Source: Narcine bancroftii
Lineage: Eukaryota
Direction: 5' to 3'
Length of the DNA stretch: 64,000 nt
Assembly: GCF_036971445.1 (NCBI RefSeq)
Contig: NC_091471.1
Location: 277,946,001 to 278,010,000 of the forward strand
Part shown: piece by piece, positions 25,675-39,749 of the stretch
Layout: each line of letters begins with the position of its first letter
How positions within the stretch are numbered: the first letter of the stretch is position 1
Made by a program: the position numbers and the translations under genes
The notes under the pieces: model-generated
What the model saw: only the letters and a program-made list of their open reading frames with translations
What the model was told of the DNA's origin: nothing
The model's database searches: none

Positions 25675-25769
25675 CAGCCCTTCAAAACATACTGGGGTTC
25701 TAGGTCAATTGGGGTATTGAGGCGGCACATGGGCCAGTTACTATCCTGTACATCTATTTTTTTTTTAAA

Positions 25770-26560
25770 TGTCTGTTTTATTTCCATATCCCTCCATGTC
25801 CTGCTCATTCAGGTGCCTGTCCAGATGCTTCCCACCTCCACTAACTCTTCTGGCAGCTCATCCCACATATAAACCACTCCTGTGTGGAAAATGTACCCCT
25901 CAGTTGGGAGAGGTGTCTTAATTGAGCTTGAAAAAAATATGAGAGGCTTAGATGGGGTAGACAGCCAGTTCCTTTTCTTGGGGTGACATAGCAAATACCA
26001 GAAGACGTGTTAAAGGTGGGTGAAGGAAAGCTCAGGGGAGATGTCAAAAGTACGTTTGTTTTTCTTTTACACAGAGAGTGGTGGGTTCCTGGAAGGTATT
26101 TGCAGGGATAGTGGAGGAAGTTGGTACATTAGGGACATTAATAAAGACTCTTAGATTGGCATGTGGATGAAATAAAAATGGAGAGTTATGGGTCATGAAG
26201 GAAGGAACGATTAGATTGTTGTGGAGTAGGTTTCCATAGGTCAGCACCACACAGTGGGCTGAAGGGCCTGTACTGTGCTGTAATGTTCTATGTCCAATGT
26301 AGATTCTCTAGTTTTCTAGTTTTCTCTAGTTTTAGACAGTCCCCCCATGGGAAACCTACACTAATTGTCTATCTTTACTCTATATAGCTTTATTTGGTTG
26401 CCTGTCAGCCTCCTTTGCTCCAGAGAACTGTTCCACCCTATCCAATCTCTTCTAATAACTCTCCAGTCCAAGCAACGGCCAAGTGAGTCTTTTCTGGACC
26501 CTCTCTAGTTTAAAAACATCCTTTCTGTGGTGTGGTGACCAAATCTGCACAGTTATTACA
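25770..26560. mobile_element. Cluster of short CR1 3' fragments in both orientations
   Basis: WDELPEELVEVG on the minus strand, and FFFTQRVVGSW plus the 3' UTR gggctgaagggcctgtactgtgctgtaatgttcta on the plus strand. Confidence 0.65.
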
Positions 26561-26679
26561 GCTCTAGTGTTTGCCACCATTGATGTTTGATGTAGAACCC
26601 TGGGTTATCCTGCTGCTTTTCTTAAATAAAGATAACATTAGTCATCATCCACTCTTCTGTATCTTACCAAACTGACAAC

Positions 26680-29420
26680 AATAGAACATAGAACAGTACA
26701 GCACAATTTTAGCCCTTCATGTTGTCTTGACCATTATATCCCTTCTTATATGGAATAAACCCTCCCTATCCCATAACTCTCTATTTTTTCTCTCATCCAT
26801 ATGTTCGTCTAAGAATCTCTTAAACACCCCCAATGTTTCAGCTTCCACCTCCATTCCTGGCAAGGCATTGCAGGCTCCCACAACTATTATGTTAAAAAAA
26901 AAACTTATCCCTGATGTTCCCCTAAACTTCCTTTAACTTTGTACACAGGTCCTCTGGTTTTTGCTGATCCGGCCCTAGGAAACAGGTACTGGTTGTCCAC
27001 CCTCTCTATGCCTCTCATAATCTTGTAGGCCTCTATCAAGTTTCCTCTCATCCTTCTACACTCCATACTGAAAAGTCCCAACTCTGCTAACCTTGCCTCA
27101 TAAGACTTGTTTCCCAATCCAGGCAACATCCTGGTCAATCTCCTCTGCACCCTCTCCATAGCTTTCACATCCTTCCTAGAATGAGGTGACGAGGACTGAA
27201 CACAATACTCTAAATGTTCTCCTACCAAAGATTTGTAGAGTTGTAACATAACCTCTCTATCCTGAATTCAATTCCCCTATTAATGAAGCCCAGCAACCCA
27301 CATATCTTCTTAACTATCCTATCAACCTGTATAGTGACCTTGAGGGATGTATGGATTTGAACCCCAAGGTCCCTTTGTTCATCCACACTCTTAAATAACC
27401 AACCATTAACCCTGTACTCAGCCTTCTGGTTAGTCTTTCCAAAAAGCATTACCTCACATTTATCCGGATTGAAATCCATCTGCCACTTTTCTCCCCAACT
27501 CTGCATCCTGCATCTTGTAACCTTCAACAATCTTCAACTTCATCAACAACTCCAACCTTTGTCATCCGGAAGCTTACTGACCCATCTACATTCTCTACAT
27601 CCAGGTTATTTATTTATAAAAAAAATCACAAAGAGCAGGGGTCCCAGAACAGACCTTTGTGGTACTCCATTAGTCACCAACCTCCAGGCAGAATACTTTC
27701 CTTCCACCACTTCTCACTGCTTTCTTCCTACAAGCCAATTTTTTTATCCATACAGCCGAAGTTCCACTGATCCTGAGACTCGTGATTTTCTGGACGAGTC
27801 TCTTGTGGGGGAACTTGTCAAATGCCTTGCTAAAATCCATCTTGACCACATCTACTGCCCTACCCTCATTAATTTCTTTCGGTACCTCCTCAAAAAATTC
27901 AGTTAGACTCGTGATGCACAATCTTCCCTTCGCAAAACCATGCTGATATCCTTGAGTAGACTGTACCTCTCCAAATGCTCATAGATCTGATCCTTAAGAA
28001 TCCTCTCCATCAATTTGCACACCACTGATGTAATTTCCAGGATTCTCCCTATTACCTTTTTTAAACAAGGGGACACATTTGCAATTCTTTAATCCTCCAG
28101 CACCTCCCTGAGGCCAAAGAGGATTCAAAGATCATTGCTATTGCCCCAGCTCTCTCTTCTCTCACTTCCCACAGCAGCCTGGGGACTATCAATCTTGGTG
28201 TTTTTAAATAAGATCCAGTATTTTCTCTTCCTTAATCTCCACATTGTCCTGCACACAGGCCTGTTCAATTTCAACCTCACCGTGATCAAGGTCCTTTTCT
28301 CTTGCGAATACTGACGCAAAGTATTCATTTAGGACTTCCACAACCTCCTCTGCCTCCAGGCACATGTTGCCTCCTTTAGCAGCCCCACCTTCCTTCTGTT
28401 GTTGGGGTTCTCCTCAATTCTACATGCCAAGGCCTTCTCATGCCCCTTCAAACTAAGTCCTTTCTTAAGCTACTTCATGGCTACCATATACTTCTCATGA
28501 GCCCTTCTTGTTTTCTACTTCCTTTATCTAATGTATGCTTCCTTCTTCCTCTTGACTAGTTGTCTGACCTGTTTCATTAGCCACGGTTCCCTTTTCCTAC
28601 CATCTTTTCCTGGTACCAGTGGGACAAACCTAACTTGAACCCTGCATAAGTGGTGCCTAAACTTTCTCCACATGACTTCTGGTGTTTTCACTCTTAAACA
28701 TCTGCTTCCAATTTATTCTCGCTCGTTCCTGCCTCTTCCCTTCATAATTAGCCCTTCCCCAGTTTGACTGTTTATATTCTTTTCCATAGCCATGTTGAAG
28801 CTCAGGGAGTTGTGGTCAATCTCACCAAAATGCTCCCCCACTGAGAGGTCCTCCACCTGACCAGGTTCATGACCTAGATCCAGTGTTGCCTCTCCTTTAG
28901 ACAGCTGGTACATACAGTCAGGAATCCTTCTTGAACACACCTCACAAATTCAGCCCCATCTTGCAGTCAGTAGGTGCCAGTTAATATTAGGAAAGTTGAA
29001 ACCACCCAGAACTTCAACCCTACATTTCCCGCATCATTCCAAAATCTGCCTGCTTAACTGCTCCTCGGTGTCCTGAGGGCTATTTGGGGGCCTATGGACA
29101 ACACCCAGCACAGCAATATCTCCCTTCCTATTTCTGACTTCCACCCACACCGACTCAGTGGACACTCCCTCTGTAGCATCCTCACTTTCTATAGTTATGA
29201 TACTATCCCTAACTAGTAATGACTCCCCCCCCCCACCCCTTTTCTACCTCCCATCCTATTCTTTTTTAAATACCTAAACCCCAGTACCTGCATCAGCCAA
29301 TCTTGCCCTTCCTCTGGCCAAGTTTCAGTAACAGCCACGATTGTAGTTCCACTACTGATTCATACTCCAAGTTCATCCCCTTTATTCCTAGCATTGAAAT
29401 AGAATCATTTCCAACCCTCT
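26680..29420 (-). mobile_element. CR1 LINE (endonuclease-RT-3' UTR, decayed, with deletions)
   Basis: MDFSKAFDK, KWQMDFNPDKCEV, LEYCVQ and VGEHFGEIDHNSLSF motifs, with a tail of ttcta/tgttcta-like repeats at the low end. Confidence 0.9.
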
Positions 29421-29699
29421 AATTGGCTTCCTTTGTGGCATTGATGTGTGCCAAGATAGGACTGTTCCCTCCACCATGTTATCAGATTCTCCAGAGAGAT
29501 CAGTTACTCTCTGCTGTCCTTTATAGCCTTTACACAGGTCAAAGGTAGGAGGAAGAAGAATTTGATAAATGATAAACTAAACCTAACCCAATACTATTTC
29601 AGATACTATGTACCTTGCAGGACAAACACTTAGCCCTTCCTCACCCAGTTTCACACACTCGATGCTACCGTGCTCTCACCCACAAAGCCACATACAGTA

Positions 29700-30080
29700 G
29701 ATTCCCCTTTGCAATCATGCTCACAATTATCTATTAATCTTTTGGTCACTGTTCCAGCAACATTTCCTGCACAAGATGTGAGTGAGACCACACTTGAAGC
29801 ATTGAGTACAACTTTTGTCATCCAGCTATAGGTAAGAATATTATTAAGCTTAAAAGAGGGGGCAGGAAAAATTCACCAAAATAAGGTGTTGAGTGTATGG
29901 AATGAGCCACCAGAGGAAGTGATCGAATCAGGGAATACTGGAAGACATTTGGCCAGGTTCGTGGGTAGGAAAGGTTGAGAAGGCTCTGGGCTGAACATAG
30001 GCAAACAGGACCAGCTTGGTCGGAGTGGACAGGTGGTGCTGAAGGATCTGTACCCGTGCTGGAGATCTCTGTGACTTGCA
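29700..30080 (+). mobile_element. CR1 3' fragment
   Basis: RPHLKHxVQ, VWNExPEEVIESG and CR1 3' UTR remnants. Confidence 0.55.
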
Positions 30081-30150
30081 TATCTGGTGCATACCAAAGT
30101 CAGTAAAGAGGTTTAATTCTTCAGAGAATGCTAACCACTTATTAACTTAC

Positions 30151-30228
30151 CCTTGACCGCTGTACTGGGTTTTCAAAGTCAGTCCCTTCAGGAGCCAACA
30201 GCAACCAGCCCCCATAGATAGGTCGTGA
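30151..30228 (-). CDS. MPRIP: MPRIP-family coding exon 2 (start of first PH domain)
   Basis: tttgtatttcAG|...|GTAAGT, 78 nt. Translates SRPIYGGWLLLAPEGTDFENPVQRSR, in frame with exon 1. This frame is not listed in the ORF track. Confidence 0.95.
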
Positions 30229-31164
30229 CTGAAATACAAAAATAGCAAACTTAACTTAAAGATTAACTGAGTTAAGTATTTTTGCTTACAGAAGAGGGTC
30301 TGATTATTGCTGGGAAGGGCGCCCCTAATGGTGGCTCTCGCTTCTGCCAAGACTCTCCAGAGCAAATCTCAGTTTCCTATTTCCCAATCTCCCTCTTTCA
30401 GACACTCTCCAGCAGACCTTACTATCAGCAGTTGTGTCTTTTGTTCAGAATCCTCAGCGCAGATTAGTCAAGGTCAGGTATTGTTCCTTGTCAGCCATTC
30501 TCCACCTTTTTCAGCTATGTCCCCCGACACTGCCAGACTCTGCATAAAGTTTATAGAGCCCCTTCCCTGTGAAGCAGTCTTGGTTTCTTTCATATTTCTC
30601 TCCTACTGGTGACATAAAAAACAAAAAATTGTTAGTTAAGGCTTTTACTTAAATGTGCTGTGACCCACCCCCCCCCCCCCCCCACACCCCTATGAGAATG
30701 GCTACCCTAGGTTACTGTCTGTGGATTGGAGCTTGAGCTTTGGATCGTCACCCCCTGGCCTGGAAACATGGAAATCATACCATGCATAGTAACAAAGCTT
30801 TGCAAGATAATCACGTCCCCCCTTACAATAAGGAATTCTATATACGGAAACAGCCCTCTGTGACAGCTTAAGGAATCGCACATTCTATTATTGCGGCTTG
30901 AAAGAAATGTGGGGGGCAAAGCTTGTTAACTCCCCTACAGCGTTAGTGGACTTCCAGCACATACAGAAGCTGTCCAGCTTCCACTGAGACATGGAAAGGT
31001 TTCATGATGATCCCTTGCAACTGTCACATTAGTGTATTCAAGGAGCGGGGGGGGGGGGGGAGGGGGGGGTCACATCCCTACTGCTCACAAGGGAGTCCAG
31101 GGGTTAATTCCTCAGTGGGGAAAGTTCTGGACCAGCAGAGTGATGCAGCTCGTACAGCTGCTAG

Positions 31165-31380
31165 CTCACAGTGTGAACAACCAGGTACAAAATGTTTCAG
31201 GGTTGTAGGTCAATTGAGTGTAATTGGGCAGCATGGGCTCGTGGGCTGAAATGTTACCATGCTGCATGACTACATCTTTTTTTAAAAAAGGTTCAATGCT
31301 GCCTTTCGGCGCTGACTGTGTGGAGTTTATATGTTCTCCCTGAACCCACATGGGCTTCTCCAGGTTTTGCAGTTTCCAGG
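31165..31380 (+). mobile_element. HE1/V-SINE fragments
   Basis: tgtaggtcaattgagtgtaattgggcagcatgggctcgtgggctgaa and gtggagtttatatgttctccc. Confidence 0.6.
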
Positions 31381-32009
31381 TTGGCAGTTAATTTTATTCT
31401 TGCACTATCTGCAACTATGAATATTTATCTATCTAGTTTTATATTTATAATCTCGTTTTCTGTTTCCAGCATTGTGGTCATGTATGCTATTGTAGTCACG
31501 GTCTCCGTTAGAATTTCAATGCATCTGAGCACTGCACTTGTATATATGACAAGGCACTCTCGTTACATGACTGAAATTAATTGATCACCATACAAGTTGC
31601 CCCCAATGTACCGGTGAACATTAGACTCTGGGGGAGTTGGTGGGAATGAGCAGATTACAGGAGACATTAGTAGGGAAAGGGATCACTTTGTCAGACAGCA
31701 GAGCTTCAATTGGCCAAAATGGCTTCCTGGATCTTTTCAAGAAGAGTAGAAAAATCCAAATTATACACGTGGTCAGATATTAACTTCAAAGAAATAGTAT
31801 TTCCAGTCACTGACCTCTCATTAGAACCAAGACTACAAGCTCTTGCCTACTTTGACCATCTACCCACAGCCACCTAAGGACTTGGGGTGGATGGGATGCC
31901 TGGTCTCGGTGTTCTGGACAGCAGAGGGGCTCCCAGCAGGGGCAGCCACCACCATACCCTCTCAAGCTTTTGCACCAAGTAAGCCCAAACTCAGTTTTAC
32001 CAAAGGTCA

Positions 32010-32610
32010 AAACTGTCAAAAGTCTAGTGGCACAATGCCAGATAACAACCTTTTCTCTCAACACCAAGAAGATGAAGGAGATGATCACTATCTTCAAGAG
32101 AGGGGTCAGAGTCCACACCCCTGTCAACATGAATGGTGCTGAAGTCAAGAGAGCAGTTAGCTTCAAGTACTTAGGAATAAACATTTCCAATGATCTGACC
32201 TAGACCAACCAGTGACTCGACGGTAGAGAAACACCTCTCCCTCAGAAGACTAAGGATGACCAGCATGTTATCTCTGTCCCGCAGCAACTTCCACAGGTAC
32301 ACCATTGAAAGCAGACGTGCTGTATTTATCATGGAACAAAAGCCACTCTGCTCAAGATCGGAAGAAACTGCAGAAGGTGGTGAATTAAGTTCAGAACATC
32401 ACATCAACATCCCTCCCCTATATGGTCTCTATCAACATCTTCTGTTGCCTAGGAAAGGAAACCAATAGACTGAAGGATCCATTGCGCATGGACACACTCT
32501 TCTCCCTCTTCCTTTTAGAGAAGGCACAAAAATATGAAAGTGTGCATAGAGAGGTTTCAAGGCATTTTCTTCCCCACAGCCATCAGGCTCCTGCATGAAC
32601 CCCACAATAG
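32010..32610 (+). mobile_element. Rex1/Babar LINE 3' fragment
   Basis: LNTKKMKEM...SFKYLGINISNDLT; TIES; RKKLQKVV. Confidence 0.75.
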
Positions 32611-33119
32611 TGGATAAATACTGCCCTTGCTTTGTACCAATTAATCTTTTGTTTAATTGTACCTTTATACCCTAATTATGTTCCAGTTCTTCAACTTTAG
32701 ACATCTATAGGAATGTTACAGCTAGCTTGATCACAGAAGAACCTTCCTCACTGTGCCAGGTATAATGTGAAAAATAAGCTTACACTTGTTAGGGCTTTTA
32801 AATATTAGACAGAGATACTTACAAACTACTGTAGTTAATAATTAAAGTTTTGTTTACTAAAAATCTCTCCTAACTCGCGTCTCTACAACTCCCATTAAAA
32901 TCATTGGGGTTTTATTATAGCCAAGAGCAATTCCTCAGATACTGGAACCATATGTTGCCTTCCAAATCTGTCATCAAGTCCGAAATTTGAGAGAGAATGG
33001 GCTGAAATCCTGGAGCTACTGTTTCAGTGGCTAAGCTCCAGTCGTCCGTCATCTACGCATGCTGTCTGACCTGCTGAGGGGGCATGTCACTACTGTTCCC
33101 GACAACCCCATGTGTAACC

Positions 33120-33665
33120 TGATCTGGTGAGACTCAGAGTCAGGCAGCATATCCACGAAAAGAAACGTCTGTCAACATTTTCACTGAGACCAACATGGGA
33201 AGGGGGAGATAACCAAAGTGCAAAAAGGAAGGAGGCTGGAATGGGCCAAGAGGGGATACGTTACTTGACAGGTGAGGGAGGTAGCGAGACAGTCGACAGA
33301 GGAGTGGGAGGCAGAGCGATGATGGGAAGTGGAGGCAGCACATGGCAAAGGATGGGAGGGGGCAGGGCGGGGGAGGGGGCCAGGGCGGGGGAGGGGGCCA
33401 GGGTGGGGGAGGGGGCCAGGGCGGGGGACCAGTCAGGGTCCAGGCAAGGTACAGGGAATGGGCTGAGGCCAGGGATCAGGTCGGGAGAGGGTCATGGACC
33501 TCCCCTTCCCCCACCTCCATCCTTGCCACCTTCTTCTGTCCCATACTCAACCTATTGGCCCATCCTCTTTACTCTCAATAACATGTCCTGACCCAAAACA
33601 ATGACTATTTCCCTCCACAGATGCTGCCTGACCTGCCACGCCCCTACAGCTCTTCGTTGTTCATT
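33120..33665. repeat. Head-to-head Penelope-like terminal fragments with a G-rich 18-bp tandem repeat (33355-33430)
   Basis: gtcaggcagcat at ~33139 and atgctgcctgac at ~33621 are inverted copies. The interior contains (ggccagggcgggggaggg) about 3-4 times. Confidence 0.6.
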
Positions 33666-36600
33666 TGTCGTGACTGCACACATGCGCATGTTTCGTGTCA
33701 GGCTGGTTGCCGCTGGTGACACTCGGGAATCCAAATGCATCTGCTTGAGCCGACAAGTCAATAGCATGGCAATCGTGTGCATGAAACAGCGGACGGGGTA
33801 GCGTAGGGTGGAGTTGAGTGGGAGAGCAATGCTTTAGTGGAGTCATGTTGAATAGACACAAGGTGGTTTGCTGAGCTTAATAGCATTTGACCCTTTATTT
33901 TTGGGGCAAAATTTAGCAGTTTCTACAACTGGTGAACCTGTTACTTCACAGCACCATCCTGGCAAAGATGGAATGCCCAACGATAAAATCATTGCAGTGG
34001 GAGTCAAGGAGGTCAACCAATGCACGAGCCTGGATTTTGATCCTGGGAGCACGGTTCCATTCGCTGAATGTCAGTAGTCAGAGGATAAAGTTTGGCTCAC
34101 TCACAGCTCATCTCCCAGAGCAGATTGCCTGCGAGGTAGAAGACATGCTGCTTAATCATATGACATGCTTAAAGCACCATCTTGGAGCAAAACCAACCCT
34201 CCAATTAACCCCACATCGCAGAGCTGCTGGCAGATGACAACCTTAGTGATTGGAAGTCATCACAAATGCTGCAGAGATGTTGCAGGCTGGTCGGAGACGA
34301 GAGGGACGACGATGTCTGGAAGAAGAAGTTCTTTCACTGCATGTCAATACACGTTCAGGAGCATCTGATCAGCATCTTTCAATCGGCCAGCATCGATGAC
34401 CTTGCAAATCAGGCTATCGTTGTCATGGAGATGACTGGGTGCTGCCACAGCAACCACCATTAAATCAGACAAAACTAGAGCAACAAGTCGCAGCACAAGT
34501 TGAGGCTTTAACGACCCAGCTGAATCATTCCTGGGTGGGGTGGGGGGAGCACGGTGGGAGGGGGTCTGGTCAGGGGAGGGGTCATGAGCAGGGAAGTTAG
34601 TGAGAGAAGGAGGCAGGGTGCAAGGGGACCATGGCAGGGGAGGGAGAAAACCATGGTGGGAAAAAGGAAAAGATTAAAGAGAAGTGTCCAGGTAGAGTTG
34701 GAAAGTCAACTCTAATCCTGTGGGTTGGAGACAAGCCAGAAACAGCGCCCAACACATTTGCTGGAAACGCTGGAAATTTGGTGCTGTGGCCTGGTCGTGC
34801 TAGCTTGATCTATTCCTGTAGATATCTATCAATTCGGGTACGGAGATCCTGGTCGTTCCTCCCATTCCCCAAGTGCACTCCCTGGCATGGGTTCTTGCTG
34901 CTGTGAAAATTTAAGCATCCAAATGTTCAGCTTGATTTCAGTGTCTAGAAAGCTTTTCAGTGGATTTTCACCAGAGGAAGTATTTCCAAACCCCATTATC
35001 AGTGCGGATTTTCATTCTCACTTTTCCGTGCTGGTGGATCTAAATAATTGCCGTTTAACAGACTGCCACACATGCGTACAGGTGAGCTGCAGTCATCGCC
35101 CCAGCACTCACCTAACCAGCCTCCAGTCCAGCACCGGGAGTTGCTCAAACTGTTCCCTTCCACGGTACCTCCTTCATACTGGGTCAACAACATCAAACAT
35201 GCGGTGACTCACCACCTCCAGAACTGTAGTCCTCCTGTTTAAGCATGAGCGCAGGCTATTTCTGGATCGCCAAGGCCATGTTCAATCATATGGAGGAGCT
35301 GGGAATAATCCACTGATCTGCCAGCTGATGGGCATCACTGCTACACATGGTCCTGAGAAAGTCCCCAGCAGATTGACAGCCACGTGGAGATTACTGCCCC
35401 ATGAATAACGCCACCATCTCCGACTGATACAGAATCTCACATTTGCAGGATTTCTCAGCAAACCCACACGGCAAGCAAATGTTCACAAAGATTGACCTTG
35501 TGTGCATCAATTACCAAATCCCGGTCAAGCTTACAGATGTTCCCAAAACAGCAACGATTACTCCTTTTGGTACACTTGAATTTCTACAGATACCATTTGA
35601 TTTGCAGTATGCAGTGATTCAGGGACCACGCCCTCTCCGGCCTGGACTTGGGTCTATCCTTACATTGTTGATGTTCTGGTAGCAGGCCCCAATGAAACAG
35701 AGCACAAGAACCATCTTGTGATACTGCTCCAGCGGCTCAACAAATATGAGGTTGTAATCAACCCGAAAAAATGCTTTTCTGGTGCCTGCAAACTCACCAT
35801 TTTGGAACATTGATTGCCAATGGGTATCTTGCCAGAGGAGGAAAATGTGCAGGGAATTCAAAAGTACCCCGCAACAACTTTGTTCGCCCAGTTACGTCAT
35901 TTTTTTTTTGGAATGATGTATACTTACCACCATTTTCTTCCCAATCCTGCCGCGTCCCTCTTACCACTGACCAAACTCAAAGGGTCAGGGAAAAAAATCA
36001 ACTTCCAAGAAACCTTTGTATTTATGGGAGGATGCACTTGAGGTCTTCAACAACATGAAGAGAACTCTCACTGACACTGACTATACTCGTCCACTAGAGG
36101 CCCAACATCTTACTCTCATTCACCATGGAGGCCTCCATCAATGCCAATGGGAGCTATTTCGGAGTAACAAGTTGCAGAGGAGGTACAGAAAGATTCAGAT
36201 AAGAACTCCTGGCCATGTACCTTGCCGTCAAACATTTCCACCATTTGTTGGAAGGCTGAGCCTTCATTATTTAGACAGACCACCAGTCACTTGCATGTAC
36301 CTCTCACACAAGCACGCAGCATTAGTCACTGTGGGAAATCTGCCACTTGGGATATTGTACTGCAATTCTCCAGTGACATCAGGCACATCTGAGGAAAATC
36401 GAATCCTGTTCCTGATGCCCAAACCAGTCTGGAAGTGGAGGCCTTTCATGCAGCATTATTGATTTTATTGCAATGGCTCGTGCACAACACACTGATCCTG
36501 AGGTCATCCAGTACTGTCAGACTCTTGGAGGTCTCAGACTTGAAGACTTGAGCATTGGTGACTCAGGTGGGACATTATCATGTGACATGGCACCGACAAG

Positions 36601-37989
36601 CCAGAAAATGCACCGGGAAATCTTCAGTGCGCACCACAATCTCTTCAATCCAGACAAGTGATGATCAAGCTGGTTTTAGAACATTTCAACTGGCCACACA
36701 TTAAGTAAAACATTGAATATGGGCAAAGTCCTGCTTGCAATGTCAGCATTTCAAGGTCTGCAGGCACCCTGAAACCCCACTTGGAGATTTTCCCATCTCA
36801 GATTTTCATTTCAAACATGTCCACCTTGATCTGGTCAGTTCACACCCTCCATACAGGGGGTACATTTATTTGTTCATCTGTGAAGATCAGATGACAAGAT
36901 GGTAGGAAACAGACAGTACCCCAGGCTTTCATTGACTGATGGATTCTGGCCTTCGGTGTCCCAGGCACAATTAAATGGACCGAGGATCACAGTTTGACTT
37001 AGCATTCTTTCAAACTCTCACCGACCTTTTAGGCGCCAACTGGATTCAGACAACGGCTTACCATCCACCACACGCGAATGGCCTCATAGAATGTTTCCAC
37101 CATTAGCTAAAAACAGCCGAGACGACGCAACCCAGTGAAGCAAAGGGTTGTCCATGGAACTGCTCGGCATTCACACAGCCATAAACAGACCTAGGATGTT
37201 CAGCAGAAATGGTCTATGACACCACTCTGACACTTCCCAGATAATCTGTCACACCAACTCCTGCGGCCAGACCAAATGATCCTGCCAATTATGTCGACCA
37301 ACACAGCAAACAATGCAGTTGCTCAGGCCAACACGGACGCAGCAAGCAATTTCAACAGTCTACGTACCAGCTGACTTACAACACTGCACACATCTTGGTT
37401 TGACACAACGTCATTCCCCGTCCTCTTCAGCAAGCATATGATGGCCCTGACCAACTCATCCAATGCTAGCCCAAAAGTTTTGTGATCCATCGGGCTGGAT
37501 AGACTGACACTGTATCTGTCGACCATTTAAATCAGGCATATGTCAGTAACCAGCCAATTATGCTACCCACCAACCAGCCTGTCCTGTCAACCACCGCTTC
37601 AGTACCAGATGAGATCAGGCTGGACAATCAACCCACCAGACTATTATGTGGTGGGCCAGATACAGACAGTCACCACCTCAGAGTCTGGTGGTGGGGTGGG
37701 GGGGGCAGGCTGTCATCACTGCATGCCCACATGTTTTGTGTTGGGCTGGTGGCCTCTGGTGACTCACCAGAGGTGATGGTCAGAAAATCAAACGTGCTGA
37801 CAAGGTGAGGGAAGGGCCAGCATCATAGTCACATACAGGAAGCTGCAGAGCTGCAGATGGGGCAGCACAGGGCAGAATTAAGAAGGAGAATGAAGGAGAG
37901 CGAGGCTTTAATGGAGTTGCGTTGAATAAAGAAGACAATGTGGCTTGCTGAGCTTAAGAATGTTTCACCCCTTTTATTTTTGCACCAAG

Positions 37990-37992
<3 letters not shown>
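33666..37992 (+). mobile_element. Old, heavily mutated Gypsy/Ty3 LTR retrotransposon
   Basis: 5' LTR ~33666-33927 (TGTC...CTACA) followed by a degenerate PBS TGGTGA. RT LQDFSANPHGKQMFTKIDLV...VPKTATITPFG and integrase HVHLDLV / [15 protein letters not shown]-rich PPT, then a 3' LTR from 37711 matching the 5' LTR at both ends; its end is obscured by (GA)n. Confidence 0.85.

Positions 37993-38050
<58 letters not shown>
37993..38050. repeat. (GA)29 microsatellite
   Basis: Read directly. Confidence 0.98.
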
Positions 38051-38053
<3 letters not shown>

Positions 38054-39289
38054 TAGCTTGGAAACCATTTCCTCAGTTGGATTCCTCACACTTTCACTCT
38101 TCAGCTCTCAATAAGCCACGGTTTTTGCACACTGACTGGTGCAGATAAGGAAATCTCAAGGAAGGTCACTTCCTTTCTTCTGAAGGCCAATAAAATCAAA
38201 ATGAAACATTCTGTGACCCGAGCACAGGCAACATGCCCTATGATGAGCTCTGTGGAGAGAGAGTAACCCACCACTGGAGGTGGCATTCCTGGGAGGGCAC
38301 TTTAAAATGAGATTTGCTGTTCTCTCAGATGGACATAAAGGACCCGATGACTCCATTTTAAAAATAACCAAAGAACTCCTCCTCATTGTCCAAAAAGATT
38401 GCTGATTGTGGGAGCTTTCCAAGCCCAAGTGGACTGCATTTTATTGGCTGTGAAAAAAAAACATTTTGCCCATCTCAGGGTTGTAAAAGGCACATCAATG
38501 CAACTTCTTTTGTTTCTTAAGCTCAGTCACTCCCTGTAGGAAAGGGACTAGGATTACTTGAGAAACTGCTGGGATTCCAGAGTTTTTCCAGGAGATTGTC
38601 ATGACCAGGATCAACGCCACATACCTCATGGTTTGAACCACTGAGGCAGGACAACTGGGAGTCACAGTGTCACCCAATAAAATGTTATCTCCAGCATTCT
38701 CCATTTCAGACTTCCAACAGCAACACTGAAACTTCCTTTCAAAAAAGCTCCCAAGAACAGGAAGTGTTACAAGAAGCACAGTTACAGGACTATTTCTTGA
38801 AATGCTGCAGACATAAATTCACTCTCCTCGGCTATTTCATACTTGACATCAATCTTCGTAACAACCACTCATTTCCGTCACAACACATTACCACTGAGTC
38901 AACCTCGTTCGTTGTTGGCATGAATGACTGATGATCTGGGCACAGCACCCCAGATTAAATCACACTCCAAGACTTCAGCTCATTCCCAACAGTGGAAGAA
39001 AACCAGTACAATGATTGGGCGTGCCACTCCCACAGCCTTGACTCCTTTCATTCACAAAAAATAGTCACATGTCCCTGCCCCAGAAAGGTTTGATTCAAAC
39101 CGTTCACAGGACTGGAAGAGTCAGCATATCAGAAATTGTAGCTTACCCAACGACACAAAATCAACAGCAGAACAAACTTTAAAAAGACAGTTCCAAAGAG
39201 GTTGACATCTGGTCTCTGCCAGACCATGCATCAGAATGAACTAGGCAGATCGGGTGAACCTGCTTCTCTGACCCTTCGTATGCTATAAT

Positions 39290-39725
39290 AGCACAGGCTC
39301 CAACTTCCCATCCACTGAATGCATCCATGTGAAGAGTTGTCTCAAGATGGCAGCCAATATCATAAAGAACCCCCAGCACCCTGGTCACAACCTCTTCTCA
39401 CTGCTACCTTTGGGTAGAAGGTACAGAAGCTGAAGACAACAGTGTCTTTCCAACAGTTATCAGGCTCTTGATACACTAATGGACTGCTCCGACGCCACAA
39501 TAGGAATGTCCGCACTGTTGCAAAGTCTCTTTCTAAGATGACTGTGAATATTTATTATCTTTCTGTATTTATTATTTCGTTAATACAATTATGTACACTA
39601 TTGTAGTTGGGTTTTTTTTAAGCTGTTTTCGTAGTTATTTTTACAAAGTACCTGTTCAGCTACAACAAGAATTTCAGTGCATATGTACATTGAATAATGC
39701 ATGACAAGAAACTCTCTCATTATAA
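39290..39725 (+). mobile_element. Rex1/Babar LINE 3' end
   Basis: KMAANIIKNPQHPGHNLFSLLPLGRRYRS followed by an AT-rich 3' UTR. Confidence 0.75.
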
Positions 39726-39749
39726 CCTGTAAAATCTGGTTAAGGATCA

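Noticed and set aside
33127-33591. Gly-rich ORFs (GGGGQ / GEGARA repeats)
   Set aside because: They arise from the G-rich 18-bp minisatellite inside a repeat remnant, with no splice or homology support.
37829-38148. SLSLSL / ERERER ORFs, and HTHTHT / CVCVCV ORFs at 47378-47686
   Set aside because: Translations of (GA)n and (GT)n microsatellites.
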